From assembly GCA_964475215.1 (NCBI GenBank), contig CAYYVT010000187.1, forward strand, positions 72,334 through 136,333: 64,000 nucleotides of DNA. The letters run 5' to 3'. Source of the stretch: an uncultured Nitrososphaerales archaeon (lineage in GTDB: Archaea > Thermoproteota > Nitrososphaeria > Conexivisphaerales > DTJL01). Shown here piece after piece: positions 1-9,610 of the stretch. The translations under genes and the position numbers were made by a program. Each line of letters opens with the position of its first letter. Position 1 is the stretch's first letter. The notes under the pieces were generated by a model, which worked only from the letters and a program-made list of their open reading frames with translations, was not told the origin of the DNA and searched no databases.

Positions 1-596
1 ACGCCACCGCCAAAGTCCATCAAAGTAACGTCGTGCGTGCCGCCTCCGAAGCTGAACACCATGATTTTCATTTCCTTGTCCAGCTTGTCCAGGCCGTAGG
101 CAAGGCAGGCCGCCGTGGGTTCGTTTATGATGCGCATGACTTCGAAGCCGGCGATCTCCCCTGCGTCTTTTGTGGCCTGCCTCTGATTGTCATCAAAGTG
201 AGCCGGGACCGTTATAACGGCCTTCCTCAATGGGACTCCAAGGTAGGCTTCAGCGTCTCGCTTAATCTTCTGCAGGACGAATGCTGAGATTTGTTGCGGG
301 GTGTACTCCTTTCCATATATGCGAACCCTATAGTCCGTGCCCATCTTGCGCTTGATTTCGAAGATGGTTCCCTCCGGGTTACTGGCCATCTGCCTCTTTG
401 CAGGCTCCCCGACAAGCAGAGTGCCATCCGAGGTAAAGGAAACGACCGAGGGAAACATCTTACCCGCCATGGTGGGGCCTTCGGCGCTTGGAATCACCAC
501 TGGGTGGCCGGCCTCTAGTATAGCCGCCGCCGAATTCGTGGTGCCCAGATCGATTCCCAGAATCTTCTCCTTTTGTGCGGGCTTCGACTCACTCAA
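1..596 (-). CDS. dnaK: Chaperone DnaK (Hsp70), N-terminal part; runs off the window edge
   Basis: The minus-strand frame is open from TTG at 596-594 to position 1. It translates to [34 protein letters not shown]...[21 protein letters not shown], which carries the Hsp70 phosphate-1 motif and the NEPTAA motif. It is missing from the ORF track because no stop lies in the window. It sits directly downstream of grpE. Confidence 0.93.
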   Translation of the reverse strand, partial: MSESKPAQKEKILGIDLGTTNSAAAILEAGHPVVIPSAEGPTMAGKMFPSVVSFTSDGTLLVGEPAKRQMASNPEGTIFEIKRKMGTDYRVRIYGKEYTPQQISAFVLQKIKRDAEAYLGVPLRKAVITVPAHFDDNQRQATKDAGEIAGFEVMRIINEPTAACLAYGLDKLDKEMKIMVFSFGGGTHDVTLMDFGGG

Positions 597-599
597 ATA

Positions 600-1175
600 T
601 CAAACACCTTCCGATTCTCCATCTTTGGTTGCCTTTCGTGCTGCACCAACCTTCACCAGACTACTTCTTATCACTTTTCCTCTTAGCATGAACCCTTTTC
701 TCACTTCTCCGGTCACACACCCTTCTGATTCATCAGAATCCACCCACTCCACGACTTCATGAAGGTTAGGATCGAACTCCTTTCCGACCGCCTCGATGGG
801 CTTCATTCCTTGGCTGGCAAAGATAGCCTCGAGCTTCTTCAAAACCATCTCCAGCCCAGAAACGATAGTCTCCTTGTCGTCAGACTTCTTCGCCACTTCT
901 ATGGCGATGCTCATCTCGTCGAACACTTCCAGGAGGTCCACCAAAAGCCTGTCGGCGGCCGCCCGGCTCGCCTCACCCTTCTCCCTTTCGACACGTTTTC
1001 TATAGTTGTCGAATTCGGCCTGCAGATACTGTAGGCGCCTCAGATAGTCGTCGGCCCTCGCTCGCTCGAGCTCAAGTTCCTTCTCTAATTCGCCTGTCAT
1101 GTTATGGGATTTATCGTCTGGAGCCTTCTCTATTGAGGGAGTTTCACCGCCGTCGCCCTCTTTCGAACTGCTCAT
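600..1175 (-). CDS. grpE: Nucleotide exchange factor GrpE
   Basis: 191 aa with an acidic N-terminus, the coiled-coil segment RRLQYLQAEFDNYRKRVEREK, and a C-terminal beta domain (GMKPIEAVGKEFDPNLHE). It lies 3 nt upstream of dnaK. Confidence 0.92.
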   Translation of the reverse strand: MSSSKEGDGGETPSIEKAPDDKSHNMTGELEKELELERARADDYLRRLQYLQAEFDNYRKRVEREKGEASRAAADRLLVDLLEVFDEMSIAIEVAKKSDDKETIVSGLEMVLKKLEAIFASQGMKPIEAVGKEFDPNLHEVVEWVDSDESEGCVTGEVRKGFMLRGKVIRSSLVKVGAARKATKDGESEGV

Positions 1176-1361
1176 TTGAATTCACACTTTCGCTTCACGT
1201 TAGTGCAGCGTCAAAATGACTCAAAGACGACTTGCTATAAGTTTTGCGCGGAAGGAATCCTGCACATCGCCAAATGCCAGTCAACAGAGGAGGGCACCTT
1301 GTCGTTGTTCTAATGGCGAAATCAGCTTCTCGGTCGCCCAATACGGTGGGAGGCGTATGAA

Positions 1362-2156
1362 TCAATGGCCGTCCGTAAAGAATGCCTCTCTTAACGTCTT
1401 CACGGTGTCGGCGACTTCGGCTTCTTCATTGGTCAACTTCAAGAACACCTCTTCAAGAGTGGCATCCTTCCCTCCGGCCATGCCTCTGAGCTGCTCCAGT
1501 GTACCTTCCGCCAAGATTCTCCCTTGATAGATGATCCCAATTCTAGTGCAGACCCGTTCTGCCACTTCCATGATGTGGGTAGAGAAAAGGACAGCACCCC
1601 CGCCTTGAGTGTGAAACGATATCATGTCCTTCAAAATACGACTGCTTCTGGCATCAAGACCGTTCAACGGCTCGTCGAGAAGGAGTAGCTGAGGCTTGTG
1701 CAACAGGGAGGCTATGACGGCTACCTTCTGTTTAGTCCCCATCGAAAGGGTGGCGATAGGAGAGTCGAAGTAGCGACCCATATCGAACGCGCTAGCCAGT
1801 TGTCCGGCCATCTTGTTGGCAGGACCAGAATCAATCCTACGAACGGATGCGATGAATTCAAAGAAATCTCTCGGAGACAGAGACTCATACAAGGTCGGGT
1901 TTTCGGCGACATAACCAATCCGTGATTTGGCTTCAATCGGATTCCTCATGGGATCAAAGCCCACGACACTTATCGTCCCTGAGGTAGCTTCCAACAACCC
2001 AGCGGCTATCTTCATCATCGTGCTCTTGCCGGCGCCGTTTGGCCCGAGAAGGCCGTATGTTTCACCTTGGTGGACGCTCAGATTCAACCCGTCCAGCGCC
2101 CTAACCTCTCCGAACTTCTTCGCTAGGTTCGTCGCCTCCAAGAGCGTAGCGGGCAT
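1362..2156 (-). CDS. ABC transporter ATP-binding protein (no permease gene adjacent)
   Basis: Walker A is GPNGAGKST, the ABC signature is LSMGTKQKV, and Walker B is LLLLDEP; an H-loop (STH) is also present. Confidence 0.9.
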   Translation of the reverse strand: MPATLLEATNLAKKFGEVRALDGLNLSVHQGETYGLLGPNGAGKSTMMKIAAGLLEATSGTISVVGFDPMRNPIEAKSRIGYVAENPTLYESLSPRDFFEFIASVRRIDSGPANKMAGQLASAFDMGRYFDSPIATLSMGTKQKVAVIASLLHKPQLLLLDEPLNGLDARSSRILKDMISFHTQGGGAVLFSTHIMEVAERVCTRIGIIYQGRILAEGTLEQLRGMAGGKDATLEEVFLKLTNEEAEVADTVKTLREAFFTDGH

Positions 2157-2290
2157 ACGTTACCCATGTGAATTTGGCGATTTAACGTTTGAGCGGAGGA
2201 GTCGAATCGAAATCACCGCCGCGAGAGAGTGCTTCCTCAGCCGCCGGCCCAAGAAGTTAAGAGCTTCTACGAAGCTCCTCCAGCAGTCAT

Positions 2291-2989
2291 ATGGACACGT
2301 CGCCTATAGTCGAATGGCATAACTTGGTTGGAGGGAAATTCATAGCCAAGGTGAACAGATTCGCCGCCTATGTAGACGTTTCAGGTGTGCTCTACTACGT
2401 TCATGTCCCCAATCCGACGCCGGCCGCAGAGCTGCTTAGACCAGGAGCCGATGTGTTGATGACCGTGCTTCCTCCATCCCATAAAACCAAGTTTCGCCTA
2501 ATCGCGGCTAATACCGGTGACCTTTGGGCGACCCTTGATACCGCTATCCCGAACGTCGTCTTCAGAGAGGGGATCAGGCGCTCCCTGTTCGCCGAATTCA
2601 CTGGCAGGACCGTTTTGAAGGAGGGCGTCAGGTTGGGAAACAGTCTCATAGACTTCCTGCTTTCGGGGCTGCGGCCCTGCTATGTAGAGATCAAAAGCTG
2701 CACTTTGGTGAGAGACGGCACGGCCCTTTTCCCTGACGCAGTCACAGAACGGGGTCGACGGCACCTCCGCGAACTTGAGGGCGCAGTGAAGAGCGGGGCG
2801 GAATCCCATATGGTATGGATAGTGCAGCGACCGGACGCCGATGACCTGATGCCCTACAAGGAGAGGGACCCCCAGTTCGCGGCCGAAATGATTCGCGCAA
2901 GAGACATGGGGGTGGGTTTCCTAGCATATCGATGTTCTTTCGATGGCCAGTCCTTGAGACTGCAGGGGAGACTACCTGTTATCACCTAG
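2291..2989 (+). CDS. sfsA: SfsA-family nuclease (sugar fermentation stimulation protein homolog)
   Basis: 232 aa. The N-terminal OB-like segment (KVNRFAAYVDV) and the C-terminal core (CYVEIKSCTL...ALFPDAVTERGRRHLRELE) match the SfsA pattern as I recall it. Confidence 0.8.
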   Translation: MDTSPIVEWHNLVGGKFIAKVNRFAAYVDVSGVLYYVHVPNPTPAAELLRPGADVLMTVLPPSHKTKFRLIAANTGDLWATLDTAIPNVVFREGIRRSLFAEFTGRTVLKEGVRLGNSLIDFLLSGLRPCYVEIKSCTLVRDGTALFPDAVTERGRRHLRELEGAVKSGAESHMVWIVQRPDADDLMPYKERDPQFAAEMIRARDMGVGFLAYRCSFDGQSLRLQGRLPVIT

Positions 2990-3092
2990 TGAATCGACTA
3001 GCTCTATGAAAAAGGTGTCAATCGTTGCAACGAAAGAGTTAACAATAATAAACTTCAGAACTATTATACACTGTTCTCACACAAAGTGACGC

Positions 3093-4985
3093 TTGGCTAC
3101 CGAGAAGGAAGACGCCCTAATTCCATTCCTTCGTGGCGGAGGAGGGCCAACCGCCGACGAAAACGAGGAATATGCCCGAGTTTACTTGGAGGTACGTGGC
3201 CCCGGGAAACTCTTTTCGTCTGGGCCTTCAAAGGGAGTAGAGAGCATTAAGCGTGAGTTATATCCGTTCTACGTCGTACCCGTCCCCAACCGCGGAGGCC
3301 ATTGGATTATAGACGCCACAAAACCTATCGCCATTTCAGCCTTTGATAGCTTCGATCCAACCCTTCTGGTCGCACAGCTTGGCTACCTCGTCAGTAGGAG
3401 GAGAACTAACTTGGACTTTGCAGGAGAATCTAGCCAAACAATGTTCGAACACATGTCTGGAGCGCTACTAGATTACGCCAGACTTCAAAACGATTACAAT
3501 CGAGACCTGTCCTCGGCAATCAGCAGAGATTTCCTTGCCAAAGACTACATAGTCATGGTTGAAGCCGCAAAACAGGTGGTTGGGAGTTGCCGTGCGACCA
3601 TGCGTTACGGAATCAGAATCTCCGAGAAGATCACCCCGACGTTCACCTGGAACGAAGCCTTCGAATCTTCGGCATCGATTGAAAGACGCGTCAGCTTCAT
3701 CGTGGACCACCTACACAGATGTGGAGAATCGGTGGGATTGCTCGAAGCCAGGGTCGCAGAATTCGAGGACCATGTCAGGCGCTCCAAAGCAGCACTGGAG
3801 ACGGAGTTCGAAGATCTTAAGGTCCTCAAGGGAAGGGAAGAGGCCGACGCTACCGAAAGACGCGAAGCCGAGGGACAGAAGGCAGACAAGAACTACAAAC
3901 ATCTGATTAGCAAAGCGGAGAAACAACTCAAGGTATTCAAAGAAGCGAGCGAGGCAACCCAACTAGAGCTGATGCCCGTCCAGAGCGTCTACGACGACAT
4001 GCACCAAGCGGCATCGAAACTTGATGAGATGATGGTAGGGGCCAAGTCGGCCCACGATGAGGCGGTTCAGAAGGAGGCCGAGTTCAGGGCTAAGTACACC
4101 AAGCTTCAAGAGGACCAATCGAACCTTCAAGCTCGCTCAACGAAGGGAAAGGATTCAAATTCCTTCCCTGAAGACGCTCCTCTCGACGCCGAGATGGCGT
4201 ACCTCGAACACCAAGCTAACGACTACCAGAGTAGGCAGAAGCAGCTGGAAGAGGAACTGCAGCGGCTGTCCGCCGACCGGACGAAGTGTAGCTCAGAGAT
4301 GGAGAAGTTCGAAAAGACATACCGGCCCATGAAGGCGAAGGCAGATGAAGCAAAGGCCTCCCTAGATAGGTGTGTAGAGGAGCTGGAAACGCTCAATCGG
4401 CAGAAGAATGCAGAGCTACTCGCCTCCGAGGAGCGATATCAAGGAGAAATAAAACGAATCAAATCCGAGACAGAAGAGGCCAAAGGCGTGCTCGAACACA
4501 GGACCTCATCCCTTGATCAATCCTTGGAGGGGCTAGAATCTTCCCTGACTAGCCTTAAGGCGACCCTAGTCTCCGCTGGAAAATATGCCGACGAAGTCAT
4601 GCTGCCCGGCCTTGAAACGATAACCATCTCTGGCGAAGACATGTCGCGCGAGTTATACTACCCCTTTTACTTGGGCACAAGGCAAGATTCACCATCGCCA
4701 TCGCTCGTCGTTGGCCGCGAATGGATGGAGACCCAAGATAGCTCGGCTGGGACTCGAGAAGAACATTCATACAGACAGACGGCGATTGACTCATACGTCC
4801 AAAGCAGACTATCGTCAATTCAATGCAATAACTCCGCCGACGACTTCAACCTGTTCGCCCAGATTGAATTCAAAGGGCGCCTCCTTGTAGGGCTGAAGGA
4901 ATTGGCCGTCAAAGGGCTGATCGACGAAAGCAAGATGCTGAAGCTTGCCAAAGAGATAGCTGTCATCGACCTCAAACTCCCTTGA
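3093..4985 (+). CDS. Hypothetical 630-aa protein with a long central E/K/Q-rich coiled coil
   Basis: TTG start preceded by an AT-rich stretch (aacaataataaac...ctattatac). About 260 residues are heptad-like charged sequence between two globular ends. I recognised no catalytic motif. Confidence 0.7.
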   Translation: MATEKEDALIPFLRGGGGPTADENEEYARVYLEVRGPGKLFSSGPSKGVESIKRELYPFYVVPVPNRGGHWIIDATKPIAISAFDSFDPTLLVAQLGYLVSRRRTNLDFAGESSQTMFEHMSGALLDYARLQNDYNRDLSSAISRDFLAKDYIVMVEAAKQVVGSCRATMRYGIRISEKITPTFTWNEAFESSASIERRVSFIVDHLHRCGESVGLLEARVAEFEDHVRRSKAALETEFEDLKVLKGREEADATERREAEGQKADKNYKHLISKAEKQLKVFKEASEATQLELMPVQSVYDDMHQAASKLDEMMVGAKSAHDEAVQKEAEFRAKYTKLQEDQSNLQARSTKGKDSNSFPEDAPLDAEMAYLEHQANDYQSRQKQLEEELQRLSADRTKCSSEMEKFEKTYRPMKAKADEAKASLDRCVEELETLNRQKNAELLASEERYQGEIKRIKSETEEAKGVLEHRTSSLDQSLEGLESSLTSLKATLVSAGKYADEVMLPGLETITISGEDMSRELYYPFYLGTRQDSPSPSLVVGREWMETQDSSAGTREEHSYRQTAIDSYVQSRLSSIQCNNSADDFNLFAQIEFKGRLLVGLKELAVKGLIDESKMLKLAKEIAVIDLKLP

Positions 4986-5058
4986 TTCGACGGAGAAGCT
5001 CCCTTCTCTAGGGAGCCTAGCTGAATTAAGGGGAAAATGTTTTAGCATCTCCCTCTCC

Positions 5059-5361
5059 GTGCTGAGAGCCGTGAGCGAAGAGCAGTTCCGGAACTGGGCA
5101 AGCGGTCGTGGCCCGCATGTCCCATTGGCCGTCAAGGGGCATACCTTCCAGTTTGAGAAGGAGAACATCATCAAAGTCGACGGGGGCACCTTCGTATACG
5201 AGGAGGCCCTAGATTTGGTGAAGATGCTCAACTCGCGCAACCCCTTGGACTCGATCAATGCCAGCATAGTGATTTGGGAGAGGAATGGAGTCCTCAGGCT
5301 AATGGTCCTAGCCTTGGTGGCAATACTCCTAGTGGCCGTTATAGCCCTAGCTCGTCACTGA
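5059..5361 (+). CDS. Hypothetical small tail-anchored membrane protein
   Basis: 100 aa with a soluble N-terminal part and a single C-terminal hydrophobic helix (VLRLMVLALVAILLVAVIALARH). The competing antisense ORF 4815-5267 has a non-protein-like composition. Confidence 0.5.
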   Translation: MLRAVSEEQFRNWASGRGPHVPLAVKGHTFQFEKENIIKVDGGTFVYEEALDLVKMLNSRNPLDSINASIVIWERNGVLRLMVLALVAILLVAVIALARH

Positions 5362-5370
5362 GATTGTCTG

Positions 5371-8178
5371 CTACTGCGTGATTTCTACGTAAAACAGCTG
5401 AATTACTCCAGCACCTCCGGATTCAAGCGCACCTATGTAATAATTCTGAGAACTGTCTTCCCATACATAAATCGTTGATCCGATGCTGCTATGGCCGTAG
5501 GTAGTAAGGAAGGAGTTCACTTGGCTGAGGGTTGCATTCAGGCCCAGTCCCGAGAACGAAAGTACTCCTTGGCTTATCCAAACGGTTGGATTCATCGTGG
5601 TCACATTCAGAAACGAGTATCCCTCGGATGCCACCAGCGAGGCCACGTCGGACAGCAACGTGTGTATGTCGGCTGCTGGCTCTACAGTAGCGACTCCCGC
5701 CAAGCCGTAGTATGCGGTAGCCGCGTCAGCGCCTAAGCTAACGTTGCCTGTAGTGGGATTAATAGCCGTGATAAATGGAAGCTGCGTCACTACACCGCTC
5801 GCTCCAGGGTTGGTGTATACGGCCACAAAATAAGTGAGCTGCCCTCCTATCGAATAAAGGAGGTACGACCCAATCCTATAGTTGGGCAGAAGTGTGAGCT
5901 GAGTTCTCACTTGCCCGCTGGTCTGCAGGGCCTGCTCAGCAGCAGTAGGTCCTATGAAAGTCGTCGATGGGGACGGGTTCACATAAGCCTCGATTTGGCC
6001 TAACCTCGTGCCGCCGTACGCTACGTACATCGCCGCCAAGTTCCCACTTTCAGAATTCTCATATTCTACCAACTGTATTCCGACAAAGTAAGTCTGGTTC
6101 CCAATGGCCCACGGGATGTACTGGACAGACGTGTCATTAGGCCTTTCGTAGAACTGTGTCCCGGACCGCCAAACGAATGGGTCGGTCACATGAAAGACAA
6201 AATTGTAATCGAGCTGACCAGCGCTGGTCGGAGAGCCCAGGAGTTGCTCCGGGTACCTGAGCTGGGGGATGAGCCAGGATGGAGGCGCTCCCCACGTAGG
6301 GTAATAGTTTTGATAGAACTGGGTAAGGAAATCCGTGCTATTGCTGCCGATGAGGTTGGACACGGTATATCCCTGCATGGATCCGTCCGCGACGTTGACC
6401 AGCACGACTCCGAAGAATCTCAGGTACGGGCTCGCCGCAAAGCCCGACTGAAGCGGATAGTCGATGTAGACTTGTACCGCGTAATAGATGTTGGTACCAT
6501 CAGTGACAAGATATGCCGATGGGTCCTCCACGAGGCCCGGGATTAAGATGCTTTGGACCCGGTTGAAAACATCCCTGTTGAAGAGCATATCGATTGATTG
6601 ATATTGGGGTGAAAACGCGAAGCCCAACTGGCCCTCTGAGAAGGTCATCCACAAGGCCTTTTGCCATCCAGTCAGGACATAATCAGGCTGACCCTGGTAA
6701 GAGACATTCTGGACTTCGTCATACCCAGGGACGTGAACATAGACGCTCTGCAAGAACCCTCCAGCCGCTCCATTGAGTGGCTCCTCTCCATAGTAGATAG
6801 GAGGCTCCGTCGACACGCTGAAGGCCTGCTCTGTGGAGACCTGCTGGCCGGTGTAGGTGTTTATCACCATTATTTGCGAGCTGTGTGTATAAATCAGGTG
6901 CTCGCTGATCCAGTCGGTCGAAGGATAGAGCGGCGAGGTCGGGGCCACCCAATACTCCGTGTTGTTCAAGAACACTATTTGCGAACTAGCCAAGGTCATC
7001 CAATTGTACGCCCCAATCTCTTTAGTCATAGTCGTCGCGGCGGCGGTCTGGTCCCACTGTCGAACCAAGCTAAGTGTTGTGGTGGCGTTGCTGGTTGGCA
7101 GGCTGAGAAGGGATTCCTGCTGTACATTCCCCGTACCTGAGGCCCAGTCAGTTACAGTTATCTCCTTCTGCGTCTGGGGATCCCACTCATAACTGATGTA
7201 GCTATTATTCCAGTTCAAGTAGAGGAAGACCACCGCACCAACATTGATTACAAGGCCTATAGCTACCAACACAGCCAGACCCTTGAACAGGGTTCTCCTC
7301 GAGCTGGGTGTCTCGAAAACCCTCCTGCTGGTAGTCTTAAGGTACGCCCAGCCGACGGCGGCAGCTGCCAATATCGTCCATAGCGCGCCGTAGACGTACG
7401 GTGTACTGACGTTCATCAGCCAATAAGGCGCGCCCAAGACGGCCGATAGGACGATGACACCTATGAACACCAAGGCGTTACGCAGCCATATGTCACTAGT
7501 TCTAGTCCCCAAGTTGGCCAGAAGTCGCAGAATCATGCGAATGGCAACGATTGAAAGGACAGCCCAGGCAACGATATACAGTACTCGATACTGAATCTCC
7601 ATCGCAGGCATCAACGAAACAAGTTCAGTTCCAGAAGCAGGGAAGAGGGGTAGCATGAAGATGCGCAGCACCTTCGACCAATCACCCATCCCCATAGACA
7701 GCATCATTATGGGGTTCATCACATTACCCAAGAACATGAGCCCTCCCGTAAGCGCAAAATAGGCAAAACCAGCGGACCACTTGATGACCTGCCAAAGGAA
7801 CCACATCCACTTTCCTGGCCTCGGTAGCCTCATAGGCTCGTAAGCGGGAGCCTCCCCCTCATACTCTCTAGGCCTCCTGACCATCAGGGAACCCCTCAAA
7901 AAGGTGCCCACTAGCCTCCACAAGTCGCTATGTCCAACTACCGGGTTGATCAGTAGTAGGGAGAACAGCGCGGCGGCGATGAAGGTGTAATTATGATAGA
8001 AGACAATCTGGAACCAGTCGAGACCGGCTTTCAGCGAGTACATATGCTGGAATATCGACCATACGAGGTACGTCCAAGCAGCGAATAACACCACCACTAC
8101 AGCGATAAGCCCTATGAGCAACCAGGCGAGTAACGGACCCCGGCCAAACCTGCCAGGCCCACGTATCTCATCCTGCAT
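5371..8178 (-). CDS. Large integral membrane protein, UPF0182 (COG1615)-like
   Basis: 935 aa. The N-terminal ~330 aa contain about 7-8 TM helices, followed by ~600 aa of a Y/T/S/N-rich, probably extracytoplasmic region. The motif LRYPEQLL resembles the RYPEDLF motif I recall from UPF0182. The AglB motif WWDYG is absent. Confidence 0.55.
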   Translation of the reverse strand: MQDEIRGPGRFGRGPLLAWLLIGLIAVVVVLFAAWTYLVWSIFQHMYSLKAGLDWFQIVFYHNYTFIAAALFSLLLINPVVGHSDLWRLVGTFLRGSLMVRRPREYEGEAPAYEPMRLPRPGKWMWFLWQVIKWSAGFAYFALTGGLMFLGNVMNPIMMLSMGMGDWSKVLRIFMLPLFPASGTELVSLMPAMEIQYRVLYIVAWAVLSIVAIRMILRLLANLGTRTSDIWLRNALVFIGVIVLSAVLGAPYWLMNVSTPYVYGALWTILAAAAVGWAYLKTTSRRVFETPSSRRTLFKGLAVLVAIGLVINVGAVVFLYLNWNNSYISYEWDPQTQKEITVTDWASGTGNVQQESLLSLPTSNATTTLSLVRQWDQTAAATTMTKEIGAYNWMTLASSQIVFLNNTEYWVAPTSPLYPSTDWISEHLIYTHSSQIMVINTYTGQQVSTEQAFSVSTEPPIYYGEEPLNGAAGGFLQSVYVHVPGYDEVQNVSYQGQPDYVLTGWQKALWMTFSEGQLGFAFSPQYQSIDMLFNRDVFNRVQSILIPGLVEDPSAYLVTDGTNIYYAVQVYIDYPLQSGFAASPYLRFFGVVLVNVADGSMQGYTVSNLIGSNSTDFLTQFYQNYYPTWGAPPSWLIPQLRYPEQLLGSPTSAGQLDYNFVFHVTDPFVWRSGTQFYERPNDTSVQYIPWAIGNQTYFVGIQLVEYENSESGNLAAMYVAYGGTRLGQIEAYVNPSPSTTFIGPTAAEQALQTSGQVRTQLTLLPNYRIGSYLLYSIGGQLTYFVAVYTNPGASGVVTQLPFITAINPTTGNVSLGADAATAYYGLAGVATVEPAADIHTLLSDVASLVASEGYSFLNVTTMNPTVWISQGVLSFSGLGLNATLSQVNSFLTTYGHSSIGSTIYVWEDSSQNYYIGALESGGAGVIQLFYVEITQ

Positions 8179-8260
8179 TTAAATCAGCCGCTACTCAGTC
8201 GCATAAATACCTCTCCCATTTACCTCTTTCGCGAGCCGAGGCTCTTTTTTGTGACACCTG

Positions 8261-9517
8261 ATGAGCTTATCCAAACCCTTTAATGATGTCAGCGCAGAAT
8301 GCCCTGTTGCGATGAAGATCGCGCAAAAAGTGGCCGATATACCACCCTCCCCTCATCGCAAGGTCGTCGCTATTGCGGAGAGGAAGAAGAGGGAAGGCAA
8401 GACCGTCTACAACTTCTCACAAGGGCAGCCAGGCCTTCCTCCGGATTCTCAAGCCCTAGCGGCCTTTGCGGAAATGCTTTTGAAGCATCCTTTCGACCTG
8501 TCGAAGTACTCCGAGACCAAAGGTTTGCTCCAACTTCGGCAGGAGCTGAGCGCCGATATCAAGAGATATGGGTCCATCGACGTGGGAGCGGACCAATTCA
8601 TGATTACGGATGGCGCAGTCGAAGGCCTTAACCTTAGCCTGACTTGTCTGACCAAACCAGGAGACAAGGTGCTCCTCTTCGAGCCATGTTATAGCGTATA
8701 CTGGGACCTGCTTCAGCTGCATGAACTGAAGGCAGTCTCCGTCGGGGAGAGGCTTGAAGATGGTTTTCAGCCAAACCCCGAAGAGATCAAGGCCGCCCTG
8801 AATGCAAATGTCTCGGCAGTCATCCTCTGCAGCCCTGACAATCCCACAAGCAGAATCATATCCAGAGAGAGCGTGAATGTACTCTTGGATGGAGTAGTCG
8901 ACAGAGGCATTCCTCTGCTTTACGACGAGGCCTACAAACACATCCTTTACGAAGGGAGGCATGTATGGATTCACGATCACACGGGCCTCGCTGACCACTT
9001 GGTCAGCCTCAACTCCTTTTCCAAGGATCTCGCCCTGCCCGGCTTCAGGCTGGGCTACCTGTTTGGCCCGAAGGACTTCGTAGACGAAGCGGCCAAGCTT
9101 AAAGCGATGACCTCCATATGTAGCCCTACTCCCTCTCAATATCTAGCTTTGGCCTACTTCGAAGGGGGCAGAAAGGAACCCTACCTCAAAGAGGTATTGC
9201 CGGTCTATCGGAAAAGAAGGGACGCCCTGTACCATGCTGTCGCTACGCACCTTCCGCTCGCTCGTGCAATCGAGCCCCAAGCAGGGATGTATCTGTTTCC
9301 TGACCTTTCGGCATACCTCAATCAGATGCTTATCAACGACGTAGATTTCAGCTTAAAACTCGCCGAGGAAGCCGAAGTGATAACAGTGCCGGGATCAATA
9401 TCTGGTCCGAGTGGAGAAGGTCATCTTAGGATGTGCTTCGTGGGTGAGGACGAAGCCAAGCTTGAGGCAGGTGTCGTCAAGCTCTTCGACTACATCTCAA
9501 AGCGGAATATCGCCTGA
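8261..9517 (+). CDS. Class I/II PLP-dependent aminotransferase (aspartate aminotransferase family)
   Basis: 418 aa. The PLP-lysine motif is SFSKDLALPGFRLGY, with NPT and Y..AY elements upstream. Confidence 0.85.
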   Translation: MSLSKPFNDVSAECPVAMKIAQKVADIPPSPHRKVVAIAERKKREGKTVYNFSQGQPGLPPDSQALAAFAEMLLKHPFDLSKYSETKGLLQLRQELSADIKRYGSIDVGADQFMITDGAVEGLNLSLTCLTKPGDKVLLFEPCYSVYWDLLQLHELKAVSVGERLEDGFQPNPEEIKAALNANVSAVILCSPDNPTSRIISRESVNVLLDGVVDRGIPLLYDEAYKHILYEGRHVWIHDHTGLADHLVSLNSFSKDLALPGFRLGYLFGPKDFVDEAAKLKAMTSICSPTPSQYLALAYFEGGRKEPYLKEVLPVYRKRRDALYHAVATHLPLARAIEPQAGMYLFPDLSAYLNQMLINDVDFSLKLAEEAEVITVPGSISGPSGEGHLRMCFVGEDEAKLEAGVVKLFDYISKRNIA

Positions 9518-9610
9518 ATTAATCCGAGATTCTCGGGACGTGATTTCGCGACCAAGCTTAGCTTTCTCTGGGGGAGCCACAGTGCCGAAAGTCTTTCACC
9601 AATCATAATC

